A stretch of DNA of 64,000 bases from a virus (IMGVR_UViG_3300009678_001573:1-64000); one strand, 5' to 3'; positions 52,593-63,091 are shown, counted from the first letter of the stretch. Made by a program: numbers and translations. Notes: generated by a model from the sequence alone, not told the origin.

Positions 52593-53547
52593 TAAATATT
52601 TTTTGTGGTTTGTAATAATGGCATTAGGGGGTATTGGTGGATATGCCCTAGGCCATAGCATATCAAATAAGGCATTAGAAACTTATAATCGCCAACTTCA
52701 AGGTCAGCTTACAGAAAAAGAGCGAGAGCTTCAGGCTTTAAACACAGAATTGGGTCTTTCACGATCAGAATTAATGACTCAAGAGGAATTAGCTAAAAAA
52801 TTAGCCAAAGACAATGAAGAATACGACAAAAAGTTCGCGGCTTTTGTCAAAAAACACAATTTAGAGGTTGCTAGCAGAGATAAAACCATAGCAGAACTCA
52901 AACAATTGATCGAAGGCGGCGAAACTGACGTGATAGTTAGGGATTGTGCCGAGTTATCAGCAAATTGTGTTATTAAATATACTTGGCAGGACTTTTTCAA
53001 TCGTTTTAAACTTGTAGATCCGAATATTTTCGAAAAAAATAATGAACTCTTTGAAAGTAGCCAGGTATTTAAGGTATATGGTGAGGTTTATCAGCAAAGA
53101 GAGGGTTCTTTGCAGACGCGCCGGTTGGTTTTGAGAGAATTATACAAAAAAGCAGATGGTTCTTATGGAGAAGTACCCGGAGCTAAAGCTGAAATTGTAG
53201 ATTCTGAATTTCAATACATTAACCCACCTAGACTAGAAGATTTAGACAGCAGTCTATTTAGATTGCGTCTTATCGCCCTGGGCAGTATATTTGTACATCC
53301 AAATCCAGGAAGCACAAGGCTAGGAATTGGTGTTGAATTCTTGAACTTCAAGGGATTCGGACTTAATACTCATACATCTTTTGATTTTAGTGAAGACATC
53401 AGCCAACACCTAGGTTTAAGTTATAATCCAAGACTTTTTGGTGAGCCATTAAATCTAGCAGCAGGAATATCATACGGCACACCATTCAATAAATTTTTTA
53501 AGGAGTTTTCTTTATCTTTTAATGTTTTGTTTTATATAACTAACTAG
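52573..53547 (+). CDS. Membrane-anchored coiled-coil protein with C-terminal amphipathic beta-strands (spanin-like?)
   Basis: N-terminal hydrophobic helix YFLWFVIMALGGIGGYALG, a coiled coil, then alternating strands RLGIGVEF / HLGLSYN / LAAGISYG / FSLSFNVLFY. Confidence 0.45.
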   Translation: MKNLISNKYFLWFVIMALGGIGGYALGHSISNKALETYNRQLQGQLTEKERELQALNTELGLSRSELMTQEELAKKLAKDNEEYDKKFAAFVKKHNLEVASRDKTIAELKQLIEGGETDVIVRDCAELSANCVIKYTWQDFFNRFKLVDPNIFEKNNELFESSQVFKVYGEVYQQREGSLQTRRLVLRELYKKADGSYGEVPGAKAEIVDSEFQYINPPRLEDLDSSLFRLRLIALGSIFVHPNPGSTRLGIGVEFLNFKGFGLNTHTSFDFSEDISQHLGLSYNPRLFGEPLNLAAGISYGTPFNKFFKEFSLSFNVLFYITN

Positions 53548-53557
53548 GAATGGCTAA

Positions 53558-56500
53558 ATGACTATATACCCCGAGGCACTTGATACTGATTTAGAATTAC
53601 CAAGAATAGATGAAAACGTTACTGAAATAAGTGGCGATGCTATCAATTCTTTGCGTGATGCTGTATTCGCTATTGAAAGAGCAATCGGAATAGACCCACA
53701 AGGCCATGCAGCAAGTTTAGTAGCTAGAATAAATAATGTTATAGATGCCGATGGTAACATAAAAACATCGGCTTTGGCCAGCAGGGGTTTAGTTACTCTC
53801 CCAATTACTAACGCTCACGTTGGCGATAATGCTGCTATAGAAGAATCAAAATTAGATCTAGATTTTACTACCGCATTTTTAAAAGGTCGTGTTGATTCCA
53901 ATGCCATAGACATAGCTGCGGTCGAGGACAGTCTAAATGCTTTCGCTGCCCAAACTTCATTGCACTTTACCGGTGATGGAGATAGGCACGATGGCTATCA
54001 AATCGATATTTTAGATTCCATACGTGGAGTTGATGATGTAGAAAGTGCTTTGCATCAGGTTAATAATGCCTTTACTCAGCACGAAAATACTGTAGTAAAT
54101 GTTCATGCTGCCGCTGGTATATCTGTTAATAACGAGTTTCAAACCATTTCTGCAGAGAATGTTCAAGATGCTTTAGTAGAATTAGACAACGCAAACGTGG
54201 GTGTTATTGATATACATCAAGACGCCATGCATGATAACGCTGCCGTAATTAATGTTAGAGGGCACCAAGGCGACCAGGGTAATCTCAGCGAAACTATTTT
54301 AGCAAGTACAATTTACCAAACAGATATTACTGAAGCAACTAACATTTTACAAGTAATGCGTCCAAATGTTGCGAGAGTTACTAGTAAGAATATAGACCCT
54401 CGCTCTTTATCTATAGGCGTTTCACAAAACTTACGAATAGCGGCAGGCGGACTTAATAGAAGCCCACTTGATGTGAATCTATCCTCTATAATTCCAACAG
54501 AGGATATAGATACAATTGTATCTAAAATAAACGAAACCGCACGAACTGAACACTACCCTATATCTTCCTATAACACCGGTGGCAAACTTACGATAGCTCA
54601 TAATCTGCCAGGTGAACAATTTACAATACAAATTTCTGATGCTGTTTCATTTCCTGCCGCAGAGGCTCTAGGATTTGGTGACGTTGTCTCAACTGTATTT
54701 GAATGGTCAGATAATCATCACTCTGCCTATGTAGGTGGAAAGAAAATATTAGACCTCAAAACATTATTAGACATTAGTCACACTCATGGTTCTGCTTCTG
54801 CCACTATAGCACCAGGATTAGGTGACCTATCAGCTTTTGGTTTAGATAACGATAATACTGGCGGCGGTGCAGGCAGAGTACTATGTCACATTACTAATCA
54901 CGATACGGATTCAACCGCTAACGGAACTTATTATATAACAACTTATCCCACTACAAGCACATTTGTCTTAAATGAAATTATTCCTGCCGGCGTATTTGAT
55001 TTAGAAATAGTTGCAGACTCTACTAACTTCATAAATAGTTCTAATGGCGAAATTTTCGATATATTTTTAGAAGATGTAGTAGATGGCTATGCCGCTGTAA
55101 CCAAATCCAAGAGAGTTGCCTATGGCCCCATCGCCGGCGTAAGCATTAGAGCAGTATCAAATACCTTTCCAGATCAAGGAATGGAATGGCAGATAACCGA
55201 TGCTACCTATATTAAATTTATTCAAGACGGCGATGATGGCGAAATAGTCACAATTCCAGCCGGGTTTCAGGGACATCTTAAGGTTTATGCCCCAGATAAT
55301 ATCAATAGTGCTATAATAGAAGTTACTGGCAATCCTGGCAGTTCAGCTCAAACAATTACAATGACGCCGTTTGCCGAAACAGATGATTCTTTATATATTT
55401 CTTCCGTACATTACTCTGGAAATTTTGGAACCTCTGTACTTAAATTTGTTACAGATAAAAGAAAAATAGGCGGCTCGGTCGAAAATAAAACAGAAAATAA
55501 ATTAAGTCCACTACCATTTGAAGAAAGTATTAAGGATTTGCGCAATAATGGCATAGTGAGAGGATTCGAATTTGTTTCATCTGGCAGCAGCTCTTTTACT
55601 GTCAGGGGCGGAAGAGCATATGTCGATGGCCGCAAATTAGATGTTCCTACCAAAGAAATTGTAGTTACCGATTTTAGTCCCGCTAATAAGCTTTTACTAC
55701 TGGACAGAGATGGTAATTATATTATTAAAGATGAATTTGACCCAGGATATTCTTTCGCAGAATTAACACAAGGAGAAGATTCATATGGTGATCATTTAGG
55801 TCTTGCTACTATATTGGAATTTTCTACTGATGGTGCATCCATAACACCAGATGGTTATTTTACAGATCGTCGTTTAATGATAGGCAAGATAGACAAACGT
55901 ATTCTTGATAAAATTGGTGGTTTAAATCAAAGAGTGGCGGAAATTGAGAACACAGTTGCTGGTAATTTTTGGGGAAATATAGATGCGTATCAAGATGGAA
56001 ACATATCTAATATTACTTTAGCAACCAATCCAGGGCTTACCGCTTTAGATGAAGTTGGGTTTGCAGGTGGAAATAATCTAGTAACTACAAGAAGATTCGA
56101 AGTCATAGATACTTGGACAGCCACAAATCACACTATGTTCCGTGCTTTAGGCGCATCTCATATTAATGTTTTCGTAGAAGTTAGATATTCCGGGCAAGGT
56201 GGTGGTGCTTTTGGAACTAGCGGAGAATTCACTTTACAAATAGGTTCGAGTTTTGATGTTGGTTTAGATAGCGTGACTACTACAGAGGACTATGCTATAG
56301 TTAAAACTATAGATGATGATGTATTACCTTCTAATTCAGTAAAAGAAAGATATGTTATATCTGTTCCTCTTGATGTAGTGGGTGTACCAACACACGCATT
56401 TTTCGATATTAGGCCGAGAGTTAAAATTACAGGTTCTACTTATGCAGATGGCGGAAGCGGTGGAGATGTAAATCCGATAATACAAATTTTTAATATGCGA

Positions 56501-56590
56501 ATAGTTACATCTAGCTATAGCATAGCAGGCAACATATTAGGAGATAGCACTAATCAGACATTAGCAACGACTATTGGAGATGTGCTTTAA
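53558..56590 (+). CDS. Large virion structural protein, paralogue of 56600
   Basis: 1010 aa. Collinear similarity with 56600 (TIYPE.LDTDLE, AAIEESKLDLDF, HDGYQI, IAHNL.GE.FT, DLR..G..RGF, GG.AYV.G). Confidence 0.65.
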   Translation: MTIYPEALDTDLELPRIDENVTEISGDAINSLRDAVFAIERAIGIDPQGHAASLVARINNVIDADGNIKTSALASRGLVTLPITNAHVGDNAAIEESKLDLDFTTAFLKGRVDSNAIDIAAVEDSLNAFAAQTSLHFTGDGDRHDGYQIDILDSIRGVDDVESALHQVNNAFTQHENTVVNVHAAAGISVNNEFQTISAENVQDALVELDNANVGVIDIHQDAMHDNAAVINVRGHQGDQGNLSETILASTIYQTDITEATNILQVMRPNVARVTSKNIDPRSLSIGVSQNLRIAAGGLNRSPLDVNLSSIIPTEDIDTIVSKINETARTEHYPISSYNTGGKLTIAHNLPGEQFTIQISDAVSFPAAEALGFGDVVSTVFEWSDNHHSAYVGGKKILDLKTLLDISHTHGSASATIAPGLGDLSAFGLDNDNTGGGAGRVLCHITNHDTDSTANGTYYITTYPTTSTFVLNEIIPAGVFDLEIVADSTNFINSSNGEIFDIFLEDVVDGYAAVTKSKRVAYGPIAGVSIRAVSNTFPDQGMEWQITDATYIKFIQDGDDGEIVTIPAGFQGHLKVYAPDNINSAIIEVTGNPGSSAQTITMTPFAETDDSLYISSVHYSGNFGTSVLKFVTDKRKIGGSVENKTENKLSPLPFEESIKDLRNNGIVRGFEFVSSGSSSFTVRGGRAYVDGRKLDVPTKEIVVTDFSPANKLLLLDRDGNYIIKDEFDPGYSFAELTQGEDSYGDHLGLATILEFSTDGASITPDGYFTDRRLMIGKIDKRILDKIGGLNQRVAEIENTVAGNFWGNIDAYQDGNISNITLATNPGLTALDEVGFAGGNNLVTTRRFEVIDTWTATNHTMFRALGASHINVFVEVRYSGQGGGAFGTSGEFTLQIGSSFDVGLDSVTTTEDYAIVKTIDDDVLPSNSVKERYVISVPLDVVGVPTHAFFDIRPRVKITGSTYADGGSGGDVNPIIQIFNMRIVTSSYSIAGNILGDSTNQTLATTIGDVL

Positions 56591-56599
56591 AGGTGAAGA

Positions 56600-59500
56600 A
56601 TGGCAACTATTTATCCTGAGAGACTAGATACAGATTTGGAAATTCGCAGAATTGATGACGACATTACTGAAATGGGTGGTGATGTTGTTAATTCTTTGCG
56701 CGATGCTGTATTCGCTATTGAGGGTGCTATAGGTATAGAGCCACAGGGAAATAAAGCTAGCCTTGTGGATAGAATAAATGTAGCTATCGATGACAACGGC
56801 AATATAAAAAGATCTGCGTTAGAAGACCTAGGACTGCTCACTCTACCGATTGTTAATAGACATATTGCTTTTAATGCTGCTATAGAAGAATCAAAATTAG
56901 ATCTAGACTTTGGAACGATAACGCTTAAGAATCTTATTGACTCTTTGCGCGTAGATATGACCGCCGCTCAGTCCAGTATTGCCGGCGGCGCAGCGGCATT
57001 TAGCTTACACGTTCTTGGGCAAGACCATTTTCACGATGGCTACCAGATTAAAATTGACGTAGAAAACGACAATGGGGTCGCAGGATTAGTGGCTGAAACT
57101 GTCGGTGATGCTATTAACGAACTTAGCATTGTTCTATTAGCTGGTGATAACACACGAACGCCACATATAAATCTTGACCTTCCATCATCTGTAAAGCACG
57201 AAGCCTCTGAAATAGCTGTTGATACTATTAATTTTGAGTCTATCGACAGATCAGTTACTTCAGTTCAACAGGCCTTTGATAGCATTGACGCCGCACAAGG
57301 CATTCTAGGAATTACACACGTAGATAATTTCCATGCTAACGGTATACTAAAAGATATCAGTTCTGGAACATTCTTTAATGAAAATCGCTTATTGTTGGGC
57401 CCAATTGTAGGCATATCATATACCGAAAATACTAGTGTAATAAAAATACCAGGCGTGACCTCCTTTTCTACCTTAGGTATTACCGCAGGAAGTATATTGG
57501 AAATAGTTTCAGCCGGCTTACAAGATGTTGGGACTTATCAAATACGAGCTGTTGGCCCTCTTCAAGATGGCTCAACACTTGGTGATTTGCCAGTTCTTGC
57601 TTCTGATGAACTAGCGGTATTTCATATATTTGTAGAAACCTTATCAGACAGCGAAGAAGCCGTTGCTAATATATATGAACCAACATCTGTATCAAGCGAA
57701 GGCGCACCATTAGCTTGCGTGGTACGAAATAATCAGACAATTGTAGATACAATATCAATCCTTCCTCCTGACGCAGCTAGAGTAGTTAGCGTTGGTTTTA
57801 ATAGTAGCATATTAAATTCTGATGGATATGAGATTGCCGTAAGAGTTGGTATAGGTCAAAATAATTTTAGAGAACTAACTATACCAGACTTGAATTTGGA
57901 GCGACTAGGCACAAATCAAGCCCAACCAGTTGACGCCAAGTCCGTTGCAGAAAGAATTAACGCCTATGTATCTAGCCCAACCCTAGGATTCAATTTTCCA
58001 ATCACAGCTTACAGAATAGGCAATGAATTAGCAATTGCTCATAACTTGGTGGGCGAAGAATTTACACTAGAGATTTTGGACGGCTATACTGGCAACTTTG
58101 CGTTAGGCCTGGATGCTTATGGTGCCGATGTAGTAGATAGAGTTGTTGCAGGAAACATTAATAACATTTATTCTGTGAATGGCGTTTCGCTATCTTCACT
58201 GCGAATCGCATTTGATGGCTACACTAATATTAGCTCTGCTACAGACACATTTTCTTTATGGACGAATGAAGGCGCTATGGTTAATCCATTGCACCTTGGT
58301 ATTTCACAGGGTTCAGTAATACATATAACTGAACATCCAACTTTAGAGACTAATGGAAGTTACACATTATTTGGAGCAACTTCTACAACAGTATCTTTAT
58401 TTGCAGCAGAACCAATAGATGCACCGACTAACCCAACTACATTTAAAGTATTAGTTTCTGATTCAAATGTGCCTTTGTCGGTATTAGAAAGTGCCGAAAC
58501 TGATAATGGCTTGGTAGAATTGTATATCGATTCAGATGGTAAAGTATTAGTTCATGAAAGATTTTCTTATGGAACCAATTTAGGTTCTGCGGTTGAAGTA
58601 ATAGACATATCTAATAACTTCCCAGTTGGAAACTTTACACTTAATGTTGGAACTACAGCCAGTGAAGCTTTATTTACTTTAATAGAGGACTCACTACCGG
58701 GCGAAACAGTAACTGTTCAAACTGACTTTAAGGGAGTGTTTAAGCTTTATCATCCGAACAATATAGATTATGTGTTGGTAAAAGTTACCGCCGGAACAAT
58801 AGTTGATGGTACAGAAATCATAGCAGTTCAACCACCACTTAATTATGATGAATCATTTCAATTGTGCGCCTTACATTTCAACGGAACCCTTTCTATTACA
58901 AATACAATAGATAAGCGCTTCTTTGGTAATTTGAGTGCTAATCAGGTAAGAGATGACTTCATTGAATTATTCAGTCAACGTCCTATTTCTGATTTGCGTT
59001 CAGACGGCGTCGCTCGTGGCTTTGACGTAATGGACATTCCATTTGTAGATAGTATTACTCAAATGCAGGCCCTACCTCTACGCGGCGGTATAGCATATGT
59101 GAACGGAGTAAGGCTGACGGTCGAAACTCAAAAAGTCATTGTTCCTTCGTTTGACGAAGAAGGAACAATGCTTAATAACGCAAGAAGAATAATCGGAATT
59201 AACGAATTTGGTTCGATTAGGGTATTCTCTGATGAGCTTGGAGAATTGCTATCCGATGGTTATAATGCAAGTATAGAGTTTGGAAAAATTCTACCTTTAT
59301 ACCAAATTACTATAAATAATGGCGTAATAGACGCAGTAACTGATTTGCGCTTATTCATTAATAACTTGGATAACAAGCTTGAATTAATAGTGGATGAAAC
59401 AAATAACGTAGTAGGTAACTTCAGAAGTCTAGAAGGCGCTTTGTTATACGCTTCTTCATATCCACACAGAGAGCATCTAACTATTAAAATTATCAATTCG

Positions 59501-61687
59501 GTTTATCCAAATGGGCAAGTTATAGTTCCAGATGGTATTTCTATCATAGGTGGCGCACCATATGGTGGTAATGAAAGACATCAAATTGTAAATACTTTAG
59601 AATTAGGAAATTCCTTTTTGGTGTTGTCAGGCAATAACAGATTAGAGAATATAGAAATTGTTAGTGAGCTAGCAACTACAAACGGCGCTCTAGTAGAAGT
59701 GGCCAATGGAAACGTGAATATAGAAAAATGTTTATTACGATTTAACGAAGATGTTACATCAACAGATTCTGACGTTGGCATCTTGGTTAGTGTAAATGCA
59801 AGCCAAGATGTTAAAATAGTAAATAATAAAATAGATACTGTGTATTCTGGCATTGTAAGCTTGGAAGGTTGCAACAGACTCGTGGTTAAAGAGAATGTCA
59901 TAACTAACTTGGCTGGAACTGGTGGGGTTTCTAATGGTATCAAGATTGGAAGTGTGAGCAGAGAAGTTGCTAATGTTTCGATTGCTGATAATATTATAGA
60001 AGTTCCGAGTGTAGTGTTGGAATCTGATATACGTGGTATTTTTGTTGATATCGGCGAGACTATAGAAGAATTAAGAATAGTTAATAATTCTATTGTTCAT
60101 ACTGCTAGTAACACAATGACTAATGGTATTAGAATAGAGAATGAGTTGGCAACAGGAAATAAAGCCGCCAAAGTGTTCATACTCAATAATCAAATACAAG
60201 GCATAGCGTTGGATGATAACGACGTATGGGGCATTTATATCTCAAGCGTAGAAGATGGTAAGATATCCAATAACATGATTTCAGATGTTGGAGTTTCAAC
60301 TGATAACACAGATGTGGCTTGCATTGGAATTGGTGATGATGTAGATTTTGCTGATGTTACTGGAAATATTTTAAAGAATTGTGACGTAACTCGGGGAATT
60401 GAAGTGACAAGCGCCGGCCAAGTAAATATATCGGGCAATACACTAGATACTTTGGGCGCAAACGCTTTCTATATAAATGGTAATGCAACGCATTCTTCTG
60501 TATCAAATAATATTTTAGTTGGGCCGGGCGACTATGGTATAAGATGGACTGGAACCAATTCAAAGATTTCAGATAATAATTTAAGTCAACCAGGCGATGC
60601 TACCGAGTATGCTTTCAGTAGTTATGCTATTTATGTATTAACTAGTGATGTTGATGTTATGAATAATACTATCACAGGCATGGTATATGATGATAATGCG
60701 GTTACGAAGCCCGTAGGTATTACTAATGCTACAGTTGGAAGAGATAGAATTAAAATTATAGGCAATACAATCTCTGGCAGCTTTATGTATAGACCAATAG
60801 AATTATTTGGTGAAGGACACTGCGTATCTAATAATAGAATATTTAATGATGAAATAATAGATGATAATGATACAGACTTTATAGTTCTTAATGGAACTAC
60901 TAACTCATTGGTGATGGGCAATACCATTCAGGGCGATGGGCGTTATGCATTCTCTAATCTAGATTCTTCCGACGCAGCCACTACGGTATCTAATATAACA
61001 ATTTCCAACAATATCATAGACCCAAGTCCAGGTAGTATAGGGCAGATAAGCGGTTCATTTAATTTAAATAGCTCTTCTGTTTCTAATTGTTTTATATCCG
61101 GCAACAGACTTCCGGTTAATAGCGCAAGTGTTACTGGCGATGACTTAATAGGAAGTACAACTGCATTAGATTATGGCGATAATACTAATACTATTGGATT
61201 GAATGCTGGGCTTATGGATATCAGAAATATCAATGCTTCTTTAGCAACTACATCATACGATTCGGCAACGAGCAATCCACATTGGGCTATGAAAGACTCT
61301 GCCAATTATTGGGAATTATTCAATACAGCTTCTTTGACTAGAAATTTATATTTCCCAATTAATGGATTACCCAATGGTGCTCAATTGCTATCAGTTCAGG
61401 CACAGGGATTATATAATAGTCAAGGAACGCTAACTATTCAGGCATTTAGAAAGAATAGATCAGCATTATCATCCAGTGCAATAAGCTCCTCTGATACTAT
61501 AACTGACGCAACTTTTGGTATCACCGGCAATACAGATGGTTTAGTTAATACTACAACCAATGATGCTGATGGAGAAATCATTAATTATTATGATTTTCAG
61601 TATTATGTAACTATAACTCATACTGGTGGAGCAGCCGCGCCAAGTGGTAATAGAATACACGGCTTGACAGTAATATTTAGATATTAA
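56600..61687 (+). CDS. Large virion structural protein with C-terminal beta-helix
   Basis: 1695 aa. The N-terminal ~930 aa are paralogous to 53558, followed by I.NN.I parallel beta-helix repeats. Confidence 0.68.
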   Translation: MATIYPERLDTDLEIRRIDDDITEMGGDVVNSLRDAVFAIEGAIGIEPQGNKASLVDRINVAIDDNGNIKRSALEDLGLLTLPIVNRHIAFNAAIEESKLDLDFGTITLKNLIDSLRVDMTAAQSSIAGGAAAFSLHVLGQDHFHDGYQIKIDVENDNGVAGLVAETVGDAINELSIVLLAGDNTRTPHINLDLPSSVKHEASEIAVDTINFESIDRSVTSVQQAFDSIDAAQGILGITHVDNFHANGILKDISSGTFFNENRLLLGPIVGISYTENTSVIKIPGVTSFSTLGITAGSILEIVSAGLQDVGTYQIRAVGPLQDGSTLGDLPVLASDELAVFHIFVETLSDSEEAVANIYEPTSVSSEGAPLACVVRNNQTIVDTISILPPDAARVVSVGFNSSILNSDGYEIAVRVGIGQNNFRELTIPDLNLERLGTNQAQPVDAKSVAERINAYVSSPTLGFNFPITAYRIGNELAIAHNLVGEEFTLEILDGYTGNFALGLDAYGADVVDRVVAGNINNIYSVNGVSLSSLRIAFDGYTNISSATDTFSLWTNEGAMVNPLHLGISQGSVIHITEHPTLETNGSYTLFGATSTTVSLFAAEPIDAPTNPTTFKVLVSDSNVPLSVLESAETDNGLVELYIDSDGKVLVHERFSYGTNLGSAVEVIDISNNFPVGNFTLNVGTTASEALFTLIEDSLPGETVTVQTDFKGVFKLYHPNNIDYVLVKVTAGTIVDGTEIIAVQPPLNYDESFQLCALHFNGTLSITNTIDKRFFGNLSANQVRDDFIELFSQRPISDLRSDGVARGFDVMDIPFVDSITQMQALPLRGGIAYVNGVRLTVETQKVIVPSFDEEGTMLNNARRIIGINEFGSIRVFSDELGELLSDGYNASIEFGKILPLYQITINNGVIDAVTDLRLFINNLDNKLELIVDETNNVVGNFRSLEGALLYASSYPHREHLTIKIINSVYPNGQVIVPDGISIIGGAPYGGNERHQIVNTLELGNSFLVLSGNNRLENIEIVSELATTNGALVEVANGNVNIEKCLLRFNEDVTSTDSDVGILVSVNASQDVKIVNNKIDTVYSGIVSLEGCNRLVVKENVITNLAGTGGVSNGIKIGSVSREVANVSIADNIIEVPSVVLESDIRGIFVDIGETIEELRIVNNSIVHTASNTMTNGIRIENELATGNKAAKVFILNNQIQGIALDDNDVWGIYISSVEDGKISNNMISDVGVSTDNTDVACIGIGDDVDFADVTGNILKNCDVTRGIEVTSAGQVNISGNTLDTLGANAFYINGNATHSSVSNNILVGPGDYGIRWTGTNSKISDNNLSQPGDATEYAFSSYAIYVLTSDVDVMNNTITGMVYDDNAVTKPVGITNATVGRDRIKIIGNTISGSFMYRPIELFGEGHCVSNNRIFNDEIIDDNDTDFIVLNGTTNSLVMGNTIQGDGRYAFSNLDSSDAATTVSNITISNNIIDPSPGSIGQISGSFNLNSSSVSNCFISGNRLPVNSASVTGDDLIGSTTALDYGDNTNTIGLNAGLMDIRNINASLATTSYDSATSNPHWAMKDSANYWELFNTASLTRNLYFPINGLPNGAQLLSVQAQGLYNSQGTLTIQAFRKNRSALSSSAISSSDTITDATFGITGNTDGLVNTTTNDADGEIINYYDFQYYVTITHTGGAAAPSGNRIHGLTVIFRY

Positions 61688-61697
61688 GGAGTTTAGA

Positions 61698-62285
61698 ATG
61701 GCAGACAAAAGTGGGATAGAGATGCTAGAAATGATTTTGGCGAGATTAGATTTTCTGGAAAAGAAGATTGATGTTCTCGACCAAAATATAAAAAGAGTAG
61801 CTAATTCAACAAAGATGGCCGAGATGATAAATAAGGCAGTCGGAACACCAGTTGAAGCTTGGGCAAAAGCCAACAAGCCTAAGATACAGGCCGTTGAAGG
61901 CAAAGACAAGAAAGCTACAGATACTAAGAGTGGTATGAGATTTAAGTTTGAGCCAACTGACGCATCCAAAGTTGCCCAACCAATAGTAGCAACACCGGCG
62001 AAAAGAGCGGTTCAAGCAGTACATAATGTGGTGGTAAAGGGCAAAATGGTTACGGTAGCTGGTGATAAGAGCATACCGCTGACCGAAGTAGCAGTTAAAA
62101 TATATGATGCTAAAGACGCATTAATTAAAGAAACTAAAACGAATAGAGCGGGTCAGTGGGTTAGTCATTTGCCGCCAGGAAAATATATTGCAGAGATGAC
62201 TGGCTTATTTAATGGACAAGAGTTGATACCGCAAAACATTAATTTCGAAATTCCAGAAGGTGTTAAAGAATTCGAGGTTCGCTAA
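61698..62285 (+). CDS. Coiled-coil plus prealbumin/carboxypeptidase-regulatory-like domain protein
   Basis: N-terminal heptads and a C-terminal V.G......PL..V.VKIYD......ETKTN..GQW...LPPGKY; SD AAGGAG. Confidence 0.55.
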   Translation: MADKSGIEMLEMILARLDFLEKKIDVLDQNIKRVANSTKMAEMINKAVGTPVEAWAKANKPKIQAVEGKDKKATDTKSGMRFKFEPTDASKVAQPIVATPAKRAVQAVHNVVVKGKMVTVAGDKSIPLTEVAVKIYDAKDALIKETKTNRAGQWVSHLPPGKYIAEMTGLFNGQELIPQNINFEIPEGVKEFEVR

Positions 62286-62287
62286 AA

Positions 62288-63073
62288 ATGGTTTCTATTT
62301 ACAGTCATAGAGTTATTTCTGATATCTTTAACTTGGAACATGTTGTTCAGCAAGTTGGAATGGTTGCGACTAAAAACACCTTAATAGATACCTTACGCGA
62401 TATCTTTCGACAAGATCGCGAATGGAAATATGTCCAAGATGTCTTTGGCTTTCCTAAGACACCCAGTCATCTTGGCTTAGCTCCCGATGCTGGTTTAAAC
62501 GATGAAGAAACTACACGCATATTTATAGGCAGTACTTATAGGTATGATGTTAAGTTTAATCCCTCTATCATAGTAAAAAATACAGGCAGCACCTATAATC
62601 CCATTTCCTTCAACCAAGATTTCTTAGGCGTCGTCTATAGAAAGGAGTCTTTATCAGATGGCTATGGCAATAGAACTGTCGTAAATACTCCTGCATTTAA
62701 CGTATTGGTCGGCGCTTGGGAACAAACTTACGAAATCAAAGTAATAGCCGAGAGTGAAGTGGATCGTGAAGAAATAACCGATATAGTAATGGTTTCTCTG
62801 ATAGGTTCTAGACGCAGAGAATTAGAGCAAGCCGGTGTATTCATTAAGACAATAAGGTCTGGTGGCGAGACAGAAGAGCCCTATGCCAATGACTTCCTAT
62901 ATACTGTATCTATTAATATTGACGTTAGAACTGAGTGGAAGATACATATTCCTATAAATGATGTATGTGAGCGTATAGCGTTATGCCTAACTTTTAACGC
63001 CCTTGATACTGATCCGCCTGCAAATGGACTAGATATCAATGAGCAGCTTACTCAGGCCGATGAATTAAGTTAG
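62288..63073 (+). CDS. Putative tail terminator/tail completion protein
   Basis: Immediately precedes the sheath gene. PSIIVK...GAWEQTYEIKVIAESEVDREEITDIV fits the tail-terminator pattern. Confidence 0.55.
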   Translation: MVSIYSHRVISDIFNLEHVVQQVGMVATKNTLIDTLRDIFRQDREWKYVQDVFGFPKTPSHLGLAPDAGLNDEETTRIFIGSTYRYDVKFNPSIIVKNTGSTYNPISFNQDFLGVVYRKESLSDGYGNRTVVNTPAFNVLVGAWEQTYEIKVIAESEVDREEITDIVMVSLIGSRRRELEQAGVFIKTIRSGGETEEPYANDFLYTVSINIDVRTEWKIHIPINDVCERIALCLTFNALDTDPPANGLDINEQLTQADELS

Positions 63074-63091
63074 TTAAATGGCTTAAAAATC

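Noticed and set aside
5060-52675. Many minus-strand ORFs (e.g. 5060..5581, 35915..36646, 48295..48879, 52118..52675) and short alternative-frame + ORFs
   Set aside because: They lie within or across long + strand genes. Their P/A/V/I-rich sequences are antisense shadows of Gly/Ala/Thr/Asn repeats, with no recognisable motifs.
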